A model generated the notes under the pieces. That model was not told where the DNA came from. It made no database searches and saw nothing but the letters and a program-made list of their open reading frames with translations. Position numbers and translations under genes: made by a program. From contig JBFMAF010000010.1 in the NCBI GenBank assembly GCA_040755995.1, forward strand, positions 128,001 through 192,000: 64,000 bases of DNA, given 5' to 3'. This document shows, in pieces, positions 1-10,036 of the stretch. Source of the DNA: Acidobacteriota bacterium (GTDB lineage Bacteria > Acidobacteriota > CAIWXX01). Positions within the stretch are counted from its first letter, which is position 1; the number at the start of each line of letters is the position of its first letter.

Positions 1-855
1 CACTTCTGCCGCGAAGTGGACTTCTTCAGCATCGGGTCCAACGATCTGCTGCAGTATTTCCTGGCCGCCGATCGCGCCAACCCCGGCGTGTCTGGGATCT
101 CGGATCCGTTGAGCCCCGGCTTTTTGCGCCTGCTCAAGAAGGCGGTCGACGACGTTCACACGCATGGGAAGCGGATTGGATTGTGCGGCGAAATGGCGAT
201 CTCAGTCCGCTATCTGCCTCTGCTGGTCGGGCTCGGCCTTGACGAGATCAGTGTGGCCGTCCCGGCCGTGGCCGAAATCAAAGCAGCGCTCGCTCGCCTG
301 TCGTCCAGCGACTGCTCGGAACTTCTCACCGCGGTTCTGCGCTCTCCGACGGCGCGTGAGGCCGCTGAATGTCTCGATCGGTTTCACCAGCAGTCGTGCG
401 ACCCGATCGTGGACGAGAATCTGATTCTGATGAGCTCCGGCAGCCGCACGAAGGCCGAGGCGATCAAAGAGATCGTGGACAACTTCTTTGTGCAAGGACG
501 AACCGATCGCCCGCGAGACGTCGAGGTCGCAATCTGGCAGCGCGAGTCAGTCTACTCGACCGGTCTGGGATATGGGATAGCGATTCCACACTGCAAGTCC
601 GATTCGCTGCGGGCGGACACGATGGGGCTGCTCAGGCTCGATCAGCCCGTAGATTGGGGCTCCGTGGATGGCCAGCCGGTGAAGCTTGTGATCCTTCTCG
701 GGCTTCGCGAATCCAGTCCCAAGGAGACTCACATGCGCATCTTCAGTCGCCTGGCCCGGCGCCTGATGCACGAAGATTTCAGGGCCCGCCTTATCGAGCC
801 GTGCGATCCGGCATCGACTCTGAATGCGCTTCAGGAAGAACTGGAACTGGCGTGA
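1..855 (+). CDS. PTS multiphosphoryl transfer protein, 5'-partial: enzyme I C-terminus fused to a fructose/mannitol-type EIIA domain
   Basis: Frame open from base 1. EI motifs DFFSIGSNDL.QY and GLCGEMA, then EIIA motif RESVYSTGLGYGIAIPH. Confidence 0.88.
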   Translation, partial: HFCREVDFFSIGSNDLLQYFLAADRANPGVSGISDPLSPGFLRLLKKAVDDVHTHGKRIGLCGEMAISVRYLPLLVGLGLDEISVAVPAVAEIKAALARLSSSDCSELLTAVLRSPTAREAAECLDRFHQQSCDPIVDENLILMSSGSRTKAEAIKEIVDNFFVQGRTDRPRDVEVAIWQRESVYSTGLGYGIAIPHCKSDSLRADTMGLLRLDQPVDWGSVDGQPVKLVILLGLRESSPKETHMRIFSRLARRLMHEDFRARLIEPCDPASTLNALQEELELA

Positions 856-878
856 ACCTATATCGAAGGGGAGCAACA

Positions 879-3800
879 ATGATGCAAACCAAAGCCCGCA
901 CGATTGGACTCGGGCTGACGCCCCTCATCTGCCTGCTCGCTTCGACGCTGGCTGCCCGCGCGGCGGTTGCGGAGGAGCGGCCCCTGCTGACGAAGGTCGA
1001 TCTTTCCAAAGACAAGGTGCTCTACGTTGTAGCCTATGCGCACCTCGACACGCAGTGGCGTTGGGACTACGCCACGACAATCGACGAGTTCATCCGGAAC
1101 ACCCTGGACGACAACTTCGGTCTCTTCGCGAAGCACCCGGACTACATCTTCAACTTCACCGGCGCAGCGCGCTACAACATGATGAAGGAGTACTATCCCG
1201 CAAGGTTCGAGAAGATGAAGGAGTACGTACGGCAGGGCCGCTGGCACGTGTCGGGATCTTCGGTTGACGAGGGCGACGTGAATGTTCCTTCACCCGAGAG
1301 TGTCATCCGGCAGATCCTCTACGGCAATATCTTCTTCCGCCGCGAGCTGGGTGTTGAAAGCACCGACTACATGCTGCCGGACTGCTTCGGCTTCCCCGCA
1401 TCTCTGCCGTCGATCTTCGCGCATTGCGGCCTGACAGGTTTCTCAACGCAGAAGCTCTCGTGGGGCTCGGCCGCCGGCGTCCCGTTCTCGATCGGCGTGT
1501 GGGAAGGGCCGGACGGCCGCGGTGTTGTTTGTGCTATGAACCCGGGGGACTACGCGGCCGGCATCAGCAGCCGTCTCGACACCGACCGGAGCTGGGTCAG
1601 ACGCGTGGACGAAAACGGCGAGAGATACGGCGTGTTCGCCGACTATCATTATTACGGCGTCGGTGACGAGGGTGGAGCCCCGGAGGAGAAGGACGTCGAA
1701 ATGCTCGAAGCCAGCCTCCGCAACCCCGACGCACAGGTCCGTGTGCTGCCGGCGGCCTCCGACCAACTCTACAAGGATCTCGCACCGGAACAGGTCCAGC
1801 GGTTGCCTCGGTACAAGGGCGACCTGTTGCTCACCGAGCACTCTGCCGGCAGCATCAGCTCCCAGGCCTACATGAAGCGATGGAACCGGAAGAACGAACA
1901 GCTCGCCGATGCGGCCGAACGGGCCGCGGTGCTCGCCGACTGGCTCGGCGCTCAGCCCTACCCGGTCGAGAAGCTTCAGCGCGCGTGGGCAAGGGTCCTC
2001 GGGAGCCAGTTCCACGACATCCTCCCCGGCACCAGCCTCCCGCGATGCTACAACTTCGCGTGGAACGACGAGGTTCTCGCCCTGAACCACTTCGCGGCCG
2101 TGCTGCAGGCATCGGCGGGTGTAACCTCACGCGCGATGGACACGCGTGCCGAGGGACAACCGCTTGTGGTTTACAATCCACTTTCAATTGAGCGAGAGGA
2201 CGTGGTGGAAGCGGTGGTGACGTTCGCCGGCGGGGCGCCGCAGGCGGTGCGCGTGTACGATCCGCAGGGCCGCGAGATCCCGTCGCAGATTCAGTCGAAG
2301 GCGGGGGACATGGTGACTGTGCTGTTCCTGGCTCACGTCCCGCCCACCGGCTTCGCCGTGTACGACGTACGCCCATCCAATCGCGCGAGTGCGCTCCGCA
2401 CCGGGTTGAGCGCATCAGGGCGCATACTCGAGAACGCGGCCTACCGGGTGACCGTCAACGAAGCCGGCGACATCAGCAGCGTAGTGGACAGGCAGAATCG
2501 CAACCGCGAGCTCCTGGCCCGTCCCGCGCAGCTCCAATTCCTGCACGAGCAGCCGAAGCGGTGGCCCGCATGGAACATGGACTGGACCGATCGACAGAAG
2601 TCTCCGGCCGGTGTAGTTGGCGCCCCCGCGCAGATCCGGCTTGTCGAGAACGGCCCGGTGCGCGTCGCGCTGGAAGTCGTCCGATCCGGTCGCGGATCGA
2701 TCTTTACCCAACATATCCGTCTGGCCGCCGGCGATGCGGGCCGGCGCTTGGAGATCAAGACGAGCATCGACTGGCAGTCCCAATCGTGCTCGTTGAAGGC
2801 GGCCTTCCCGCTGACCGTCCGAAATCCGCAGGCAACCTACAACTGGGGCCTCGGCACCATCGCGCGCGGCAACAACGACCCGAAGAAATACGAAGTCCCC
2901 TCGCACGAGTGGTTCGATCTCACGGACATCAGGGGTGACTACGGAGTTACTGTTCTCGAGGACTGCAAGTTCGGTTCCGACAAGCCCGATGACCAGACGG
3001 TTCGACTCACGCTGCTGTACACACCAGGAGTCCGCGAGTACTATCAGGACCAGGGAACGCAGGACTGGGGCCGCCACGACGTGCTCTATGCCCTCTACGG
3101 GCACAGCGGCGATTGGCGGACGGGTAACAGTGAATGGCAGGGCAGGCGCCTGAACCAGCCGCTCGTCGCTTTCCAGGTGCCTCCGCACGCGGGGCCACTG
3201 GGCCGAAAGTTCTCGTTGATGCAGGTCAGCACGCCGGAAGTGGACGTGCGTGCCTTCAAGAAAGCCGAAGCAGGCGGCGCTTTCGTCGTGCGCTTGCAGG
3301 AGCTGTACGGCCGGGCCGCCAGGAACGTCGGCGTCTCGTTCGCTGCACCGGTCGTCTCGGCCGAGGAAGTGGACGGCCAGGAGCGACGCATCGGCTCGGC
3401 ATCGGTGCGCGACGGCAAGCTGATACTGGATATGACCGCGTTCAGCCTTCGCAGTTTCGCCGTGGTTCTGGCCAGCCCGCTGGCGAGCCTGGCAGCGCCG
3501 GCGTTCCAGCCGGTAAGCATCCCGCTCGACACAGACGTGGTGAGCGCCGACAGCAATCGCAACGACGGCGACTTCGCATGCGGCATGACGATCCCGGCCG
3601 AAGAGCTTACTGCGACGATCGAGACGGAGGCCGCAACATTTGCGCTCGGCAGCACCACACCAGGCGCGTCGAACGCCCTTGTGTGCCGCGGCCAGCGGAT
3701 CGCGCTGCCTTCCGGCGGCTTCAACCGCATCTATATCCTCGCTGCCGCCGCCGAGGACGCCGACGGCGAGTTCGCGGTTGGTGCGCAGAAGACGCTGGTG

Positions 3801-4187
3801 CGCGTGCCCGCCTGGACAGGCTTCATCGGACAATTCGACAACCGCGTTTGGGCCGAGTCATTCCCCAGGATCGACTACAGAGGCGCGAATACCCTGGTGG
3901 GGCTGGCGCCGGGCTACATCAAGAGGACGCCCGTGGCCTGGTTCGCGACTCATCGTCACCATCCTGAGCGCGGCAACGAAGCCTATCGCTTCAGCTATCT
4001 GTTCCAGATCGAGCTGCCGCTGCCTGATGGTTCTACCGAGCTTGTGTTGCCGCAGGACGAGAGAATCAAGATCTTCGCGGTGACAGTCGCGCGGTCCGAG
4101 CGTGACCGGGTCGTGCCGGCGCAGCCGCTCTACGACGATTTCTCCAACCGCGGGCCGATCACGCTGCGGAGTGCCGGGGCACACTAG
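879..4187 (+). CDS. GH38 alpha-mannosidase with predicted signal peptide
   Basis: GH38 motifs AHLDTQWRW, MLPDCFGFPASLP, QFHDILPGTS. ATG 879 follows GGGGAG and opens a hydrophobic N-terminus. Confidence 0.92.
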   Translation: MMQTKARTIGLGLTPLICLLASTLAARAAVAEERPLLTKVDLSKDKVLYVVAYAHLDTQWRWDYATTIDEFIRNTLDDNFGLFAKHPDYIFNFTGAARYNMMKEYYPARFEKMKEYVRQGRWHVSGSSVDEGDVNVPSPESVIRQILYGNIFFRRELGVESTDYMLPDCFGFPASLPSIFAHCGLTGFSTQKLSWGSAAGVPFSIGVWEGPDGRGVVCAMNPGDYAAGISSRLDTDRSWVRRVDENGERYGVFADYHYYGVGDEGGAPEEKDVEMLEASLRNPDAQVRVLPAASDQLYKDLAPEQVQRLPRYKGDLLLTEHSAGSISSQAYMKRWNRKNEQLADAAERAAVLADWLGAQPYPVEKLQRAWARVLGSQFHDILPGTSLPRCYNFAWNDEVLALNHFAAVLQASAGVTSRAMDTRAEGQPLVVYNPLSIEREDVVEAVVTFAGGAPQAVRVYDPQGREIPSQIQSKAGDMVTVLFLAHVPPTGFAVYDVRPSNRASALRTGLSASGRILENAAYRVTVNEAGDISSVVDRQNRNRELLARPAQLQFLHEQPKRWPAWNMDWTDRQKSPAGVVGAPAQIRLVENGPVRVALEVVRSGRGSIFTQHIRLAAGDAGRRLEIKTSIDWQSQSCSLKAAFPLTVRNPQATYNWGLGTIARGNNDPKKYEVPSHEWFDLTDIRGDYGVTVLEDCKFGSDKPDDQTVRLTLLYTPGVREYYQDQGTQDWGRHDVLYALYGHSGDWRTGNSEWQGRRLNQPLVAFQVPPHAGPLGRKFSLMQVSTPEVDVRAFKKAEAGGAFVVRLQELYGRAARNVGVSFAAPVVSAEEVDGQERRIGSASVRDGKLILDMTAFSLRSFAVVLASPLASLAAPAFQPVSIPLDTDVVSADSNRNDGDFACGMTIPAEELTATIETEAATFALGSTTPGASNALVCRGQRIALPSGGFNRIYILAAAAEDADGEFAVGAQKTLVRVPAWTGFIGQFDNRVWAESFPRIDYRGANTLVGLAPGYIKRTPVAWFATHRHHPERGNEAYRFSYLFQIELPLPDGSTELVLPQDERIKIFAVTVARSERDRVVPAQPLYDDFSNRGPITLRSAGAH

Positions 4188-4223
4188 ACGGATGCCGCGG
4201 TGAACGTCTTGCGTCCTGAATAG

Positions 4224-6158
4224 CTACTGAACCTTCACGACCGAACGGACTGCATAGTGACCGAGCGTTTCTTTGATGGTCGTTTCCAGGGCCGTCTTGT
4301 CCGTGCCACTGGCGGCGGTCACGTTGACATGGGCGATCATACCCAGCCGTTTGTCGCTATCCACGTTGATCTCGAAGCTTGCCGCACCTGCGATCTGTTT
4401 CAACTCTTGGCCAAGGACTTGCTTCACCTGATCGAAGATCAGCGCTGGTTTGAATAGCTTGCCGACGGCGGTGAGCGGCAGCTTGTCGAGGATCACGATA
4501 TCTCTCGGGATCGCCGCGCGTTCGCCGATGCGTTCCTGGGCAAAGTGTTGCAGTTCTTCCTTGGTGACGGTGCTGCCCGGTTTCAGCTCGACATAGACTA
4601 CCGGCGTCTCGCCCACGCGCGGGTCGGGGCGGCCGACCGCGGCTGCCAGCGCCACCGACGGGTGCTGGTGCATGATTTCTTCGATCAAGCGCGGGTCGAT
4701 ATTGTGCCCGCCACGGATGATCAACTCCTTCTTGCGGCCGGTGAGCCAGAAGTAGCCATCTTCGTCCTGCCGCCCCAAGTCGCCCGTGTTGAGCCAGAGC
4801 GCGCCACCATCACCCGCATCCACAAAGGTGCCAATGTCATGGAATTCCTCGCGATAGCCGGAGAAAACATTCGGTCCGCGCAACAACACGAGACCGATTT
4901 CATTCGGCTCGCAGAAGCGCTGGAACTTGTCGCCGTCGACCAGCGCCGTGCGCATCTCCTCATAGGGGAGACGGAAGCCGATCGAGCCAATCCGGGCTTC
5001 GCCTGCTGCCGGGTTGACCGAGGCAACCGAGGTGCCTTCGGTCAGCCCATAGCCTTCGAGAATCTTGATGCCCGTCCTGGCAGTGAATTGACCGGCAACC
5101 TCTATCGGCAGGGCGGCGGCACCGCATGTTGCCAGGTTGACGCGACGGACGTTGCTATCGCCAATCGGAACGTTGAGCAGCGCCGAGAAGAGTGTCGGCA
5201 CGCCGTTGAAGAGGGTGCACTGGTAGTGGTCGAGGATTCTCCAGAGATTGGGAATCACCCCTTCGCCGCGAAATCCCTGTGGTGTGCCCATCACCACCGT
5301 GGCGCCCGCGCTCCAGCTGGCGAGACCAACGGCGATCGCACCGTAGTTGTGAAAGAGCGGCAGACCGAGGAAGTTGATGTCGTCGGCCCCGGCGTTCACG
5401 CTTTCGCCAACCGCCCAGCCATCGAAGACTTGGTTATGATGGGTCTGCTTGGCAAGCTTGGGGGTTCCCGTGGTGCCACCGGTGTGAAAATAGGCGGCGA
5501 TCTCGTTTGCCGCGATCCTGCGGCCGCTGGCCAACTTGTCCGACGGAAAGCGTGCCAGGGTCTTGTCGAAGTCGAGCACTCTGGCGCGCACGGGTTCTTT
5601 GCCTTTGCGCATTTGGATCAGCCTGACCAACAGTCTCTTCACCCCGTGCAGATAGTTCGCGACGTCAACTTGCAGAATGGTCTGGAGTGTCGGCACAGTG
5701 TTGACGACTGACGCCATCTTTTCCCACAGGTCAGTCTTGGGGAAGGGCGACAGCGTGACGAGCACCTTCGTCTGCGCCGCGTTCATGATTTCGGCGATCA
5801 CGGGGGCCTCGAGCAGCGGGTTTATCGGATTGGCGATGCCTGCGATCTCGCCACCATAGAGCGTGAAGTAGGTCTGCGGCAGGTTGGGCAAGACGTAGCT
5901 GACGGTGTCATTGGGCCCCACACCCAGGCTGTGCAGCATGTTGGCGGTCTGCGTCATCTTCGCCAACACGTCGTGATAGGAAAAGCGCACAAATCGCTCA
6001 TAAGCTGTGCCTTGCAGGAAGAAGATCAGTGCAGCCTTGTCGCCATACCGCTGGGCACAACGGGCAAAGAAGTCATATAGATTGGCCGGAAGATCGCGTT
6101 CAGCAAGCGGTTTCGCCTCGAACGCACGGACATCGTTGATCGTTCTGAATTGTGCCAT
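4224..6158 (-). CDS. AMP-dependent acyl-CoA synthetase
   Basis: ANL motifs YFHTGGTTGTPKLA, EGYGLTE, TGDLG, GRKKELIIRGGHNIDP, LPLTAVGKL. Confidence 0.92.
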   Translation of the reverse strand: MAQFRTINDVRAFEAKPLAERDLPANLYDFFARCAQRYGDKAALIFFLQGTAYERFVRFSYHDVLAKMTQTANMLHSLGVGPNDTVSYVLPNLPQTYFTLYGGEIAGIANPINPLLEAPVIAEIMNAAQTKVLVTLSPFPKTDLWEKMASVVNTVPTLQTILQVDVANYLHGVKRLLVRLIQMRKGKEPVRARVLDFDKTLARFPSDKLASGRRIAANEIAAYFHTGGTTGTPKLAKQTHHNQVFDGWAVGESVNAGADDINFLGLPLFHNYGAIAVGLASWSAGATVVMGTPQGFRGEGVIPNLWRILDHYQCTLFNGVPTLFSALLNVPIGDSNVRRVNLATCGAAALPIEVAGQFTARTGIKILEGYGLTEGTSVASVNPAAGEARIGSIGFRLPYEEMRTALVDGDKFQRFCEPNEIGLVLLRGPNVFSGYREEFHDIGTFVDAGDGGALWLNTGDLGRQDEDGYFWLTGRKKELIIRGGHNIDPRLIEEIMHQHPSVALAAAVGRPDPRVGETPVVYVELKPGSTVTKEELQHFAQERIGERAAIPRDIVILDKLPLTAVGKLFKPALIFDQVKQVLGQELKQIAGAASFEINVDSDKRLGMIAHVNVTAASGTDKTALETTIKETLGHYAVRSVVKVQ

Positions 6159-6349
6159 TGAGGCGCCTCCAGCTGTGTGGGATGACTGCTAGATCATAGC
6201 ACACTTGCCGCTGATACTGTCTGCTCGGGCTTCCAGAACAGTCGCCCCTCAGAAGGGGGCGCACTGCCTCCATCTCGGAACCTCCCCTGGTGCGTCGGCG
6301 TGAACTTCATGATGGGCGAAACGTATTCCTATTGCATGAGGAGGCAATC

Positions 6350-7495
6350 ATGGAGAAGAAGTGCCGGCTGTTTCTATCGACGTTCGCTGTCCTGGTGACG
6401 TCAGTAGCCCAGGTCAGCTCGCAGATCGTGACACTCCCGCCCGACGGTGACAACCAGAGGGCTTCCGTCAGCCAGTGGATCGGACTTGTCGAGGTCAACC
6501 TCACGTATCACAGCCCTGACGTGACGGCCCCGGACGGGACCGATCGCCGGGGCAAGATCTGGGGGCAACTCGTCCCCTACGGAATGACAGATCTCGGCTT
6601 CGGCACCTGCGGCGACCAGTGTCCCTGGAGGGGCGGCGCGAACGAGAACACGGTTTTCAGGGTTTCGCACGATGTCAAAGTCGAGGGACAGGCGCTGCCG
6701 GCGGGTTCATACGGCCTCCACTTCATTCCCGGTGAGAATGAATGGACCGTTGTTTTCTCGAAGAACTACACCTCGTGGGGCAGCTTCTTCTATGACGCCC
6801 GAGAGGATGCACTGAGAGTCGCCGCCAAACCTGAGAAGAGCGACTACCATCACTACTTAACCTACGAGTTCACGGATCGTCAGCCGAACCGCGCCACGGT
6901 TGCCCTGATGTGGGAGGATCTCAAGGTGCCCATCTCGATCACAGTGGACAACGTCAATGACCTGTATGTCGAGAACCTGCGCCGGGAGCTGCGTTCGGTA
7001 CCAGGTTTCAATTGGCAGGGCTGGCTGGCGGCGGCCCGGTTCTGCCTGCGAAACAAAGTCAACCTGACCGAGGCGCTGACCTGGGCCCAGAATGCGGTCT
7101 CGTTGCCCTTCGTCGGGCAGGAGAACTTCCAGACACTCTCGGTCCTCTCCCAGGTCCGGGAGGCCAACGGGAAGAACGCGGAGGCCAAGGCGACGATGGA
7201 CAGGGCACTGGCGCACCCTACCGCCGGGGCGATTGATATCCACCAGTACGGTCGTTCGCTGCTCGCCCAGGGCAAGAAACAGGAAGCACTCCGCGTCTTC
7301 GAGCTCAACGCGAAAAAGCATGCGGGCGCGTGGCCCACCGACGTGGGTCTGGCTCGCGGCTACGCGGCCGTCGGCGACTTCAAGCGTGCACTGAAACACG
7401 CGCGGCTGGCGCTCGTGAAGGCGCCCGACGAGGACAACCGAAACAACCTGCGACGGATGATCGAGAACCTCGAGAAGGGGGAGAGTATCGACTGA
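6350..7495 (+). CDS. Secreted DUF2911 domain protein with C-terminal TPR-like helices
   Basis: GAGGAGG RBS, signal peptide, RGKIWGQLVPYG...PWRGGANENT. Confidence 0.8.
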   Translation: MEKKCRLFLSTFAVLVTSVAQVSSQIVTLPPDGDNQRASVSQWIGLVEVNLTYHSPDVTAPDGTDRRGKIWGQLVPYGMTDLGFGTCGDQCPWRGGANENTVFRVSHDVKVEGQALPAGSYGLHFIPGENEWTVVFSKNYTSWGSFFYDAREDALRVAAKPEKSDYHHYLTYEFTDRQPNRATVALMWEDLKVPISITVDNVNDLYVENLRRELRSVPGFNWQGWLAAARFCLRNKVNLTEALTWAQNAVSLPFVGQENFQTLSVLSQVREANGKNAEAKATMDRALAHPTAGAIDIHQYGRSLLAQGKKQEALRVFELNAKKHAGAWPTDVGLARGYAAVGDFKRALKHARLALVKAPDEDNRNNLRRMIENLEKGESID

Positions 7496-7916
7496 CCTGA
7501 GAGAGCGGTGATCACAGACACGACCGGCGTGCTGGCCAGGACGAAGCTCCGGGCTGCCGCTCGGAAACCCCGTCAGATCCGTCAGCATCGCACCCGCACG
7601 GGCGACTTATTCGGTATCTCCCGGCTATTGTGCGAGTCGACCGACGGCGCTTTCGATTGGTAACGGAGGCTGCGCATCAGCATCGCGCTGTTGACTTGCC
7701 CGTGGGAGGCGTCGTTGTTGTCAAGCTGATTCCATACGACAAGGACGTTGCCTGTGTTGGGGTTGACCACACACCTGTGGTTCGCTACACGTAGTCCAGT
7801 TCTTTCGCCAGCAGGACGCCTTCGGCGTGCTTGTTCTCGGTGCGTGATGAACGTCATCTGTGCATTCTGCAGGTGGTTCTTGCACTGGATACAGCGTTCA
7901 TGGGATAAGGAGATCC

Positions 7917-9007
7917 ATGAAGTTACCCCGCACTGCCGCTGTTGTTGTCGGTACAACCGGCGTGGTGTGCGCGGCAATCTCACGATCCAGCACGCACCCG
8001 GCCTTCCGCGAGCTTGTGACCGGCGGTTTCTCCGCGCAGAACCTGACCGCCGACATGCCGCGTGCTGCCACGGTGCTCCTGGATGCGTTCAAATCTCTCG
8101 GCTCGATCTATCTGAGCGAACATGTCATGCCGGTCTACGGCCTGCTCCTGCCGTCAGCACTGCTACTCGCGTGGGGGCTCGGCGACACCCGCCTTGCGGA
8201 CTGGCTGCGGGCTCGGCACCATCGCGGCAACCGTGGGGCCGTACTGCTCAGCATAGTGGCCTTTGCCCTGGCCTTGAGTGCGCACTATCTCGTCATCGGA
8301 CGTCGGCAGCCCGTGGGCGACGAATTCTGCTACATGTTTCAGGCGGACGTTCTGGCGGCCGGAAAACTCGTCGTGCCTTCACCGCCGGCTGCCGAATCGT
8401 TTCATTGCTGGAGCCTCATAAACAACGGCGGGTGGTATGCGAAAGTCACGGTCGGGTGGCCTGCGCTTCTGGCTCTGGGGAAGCTCGTGCGCACGCAAGC
8501 TCTGATAGGCCCTCTTTGCTGCGCGCTCACCATTCCGGTTATTTTCAGCATTGGCAAGATAGTCGCGAACAGGTGTAGCGGGTTACTGGCTGCGCTCTTC
8601 CTCCCGCTTTCCCCGATGTTCGTTCTGCACGGTGCAACCGATTTCCCGCATTCAGCCGCGGTGCTGTTCGGCTGCCTGTTCATCTATGCGCTCATTGTGA
8701 CTGTCGTGCGCAATGCGTGGCTGGCCGCCATCGGCGCCGGGATCTGCTCGGCATTCCTCCTCCATGTCCGGCCCGGTGACGGCACGGCCACCTTCATAGG
8801 CTCTCTGCCACTGATGGTACATGGATTTGTCGTATCGAGGGAAAGAAGGTCCCTTCTCAAGAAACTAGGCGTGCTCGCTGCTATCTTCGGAATGGGCATC
8901 GGCGCGCTCCTGTGCGTCAACTGGATACAGAACGGCGATCCGTTTCTGAGCGGATATCGTCTTTATGATCCTGAAGATGTTTGGGGCTTCGGGGTGAATG
9001 ACCACAC
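7917..9007 (+). pseudogene. ArnT/PMT-like (GT-C fold) membrane glycosyltransferase, apparently 3'-truncated
   Basis: Multiple TM segments and GDEFCYMFQA. Similarity breaks after YDPEDVWGFGVNDH, where the frame runs into unrelated DNA (stop at 9089). Confidence 0.55.
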
Positions 9008-9814
9008 GCGGTCGACAACAAGGGGAAGGTATACATCGGAGGGACTGTCAACCGCACAAGCGAGAGTGATGCCACGATCGACACTGTGAAGGTGTACGAT
9101 ACCGATTGGACGATCCAGAAGTATGATTCGAGCGGTAAGCTTGCCTGGAACAAGACCTATAACGGGTCAAGTCCAGGGTATGATTCGCTGAACCAAGTAT
9201 GCCTTGATAGCAGCGGCAACATCTATGCCGCGGGCAAGATGTACAGCTCCGTTACCAACTCGGACATTGCTGCAATGAAACTCAGCAGCGCTGGACAGGT
9301 CTCCTGGAAGAGGGTGTACGATGGCGGGGCTAAGCAGTATGACTCCGTGAACGCAGCAGCCATCGATGACAAGGCCAACTTCGTGATTACAGGGCAATCC
9401 GCTTACTCCTCCAGGCAGCCCAGCTGCCTCACGACCCTGAAATACAGCTCCTCTGGCGACCTGCTGTGGGTGCGCCCATATCCTCAGAATGATGCTCAGA
9501 GCTGGGGGCGGGCCGTTGTCTTCGACAAGCAGGGGAACACCTACGTATCAGGCGTCGCTGCCAATAAGAGCGGTGGCGGTGCGGTTCATACTCTGAAGTA
9601 CGCGAAGAACGGCGCACAGAAGTGGGCCCGGATGTATCCCAGCGCCCCCGGAAGTGGATGGAACAGCCCTTCTTCGATCGCGCTCGACAGCAGCGGGAAC
9701 CTGTATGTGGTTGGTTACGGGCAGAAGAGTTCCAAGGATCCGGGATCTATCTTGACGATTAAGTACGACTCAGCCGGAACCCAAGCCTGGGTGAAGGAAT
9801 ACAAAGGGAAGTAG
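9008..9814 (+). pseudogene. SBBP-type beta-propeller repeat protein fragment lacking its N-terminus
   Basis: Repeats such as AVDNKGKVYIGG, LDSSGNIYAAG, FDKQGNTYVSG, LDSSGNLYVVG. Frame begins after TGA 8999-9001 with no signal peptide. Confidence 0.6.
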
Positions 9815-10036
9815 CCAGACCCGGGCCTGCTAGGCCCCTTGCTGTGTCTTCGGCGATCGGGCCGCGTGCGCCAGCACAGGGTCGGCCGTGACAGACGCCG
9901 GCTCTGGCCAATTCTGAGCTCGGGATTTGGTTTGCCGCGGTGCGCGCACGATGGAGAGTGGAAATCTCGGTGCGCCGGGGCAATGCGGAAAGCCCGCCCT
10001 CCCCGCCGCCGTGCCGGGGAGGGCGAGGATTCGTGA

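Noticed and set aside
369..878. 170-aa N-terminal extension of the GH38 ORF
   Set aside because: Overlaps the PTS gene in another frame; the RBS and signal peptide are at 879
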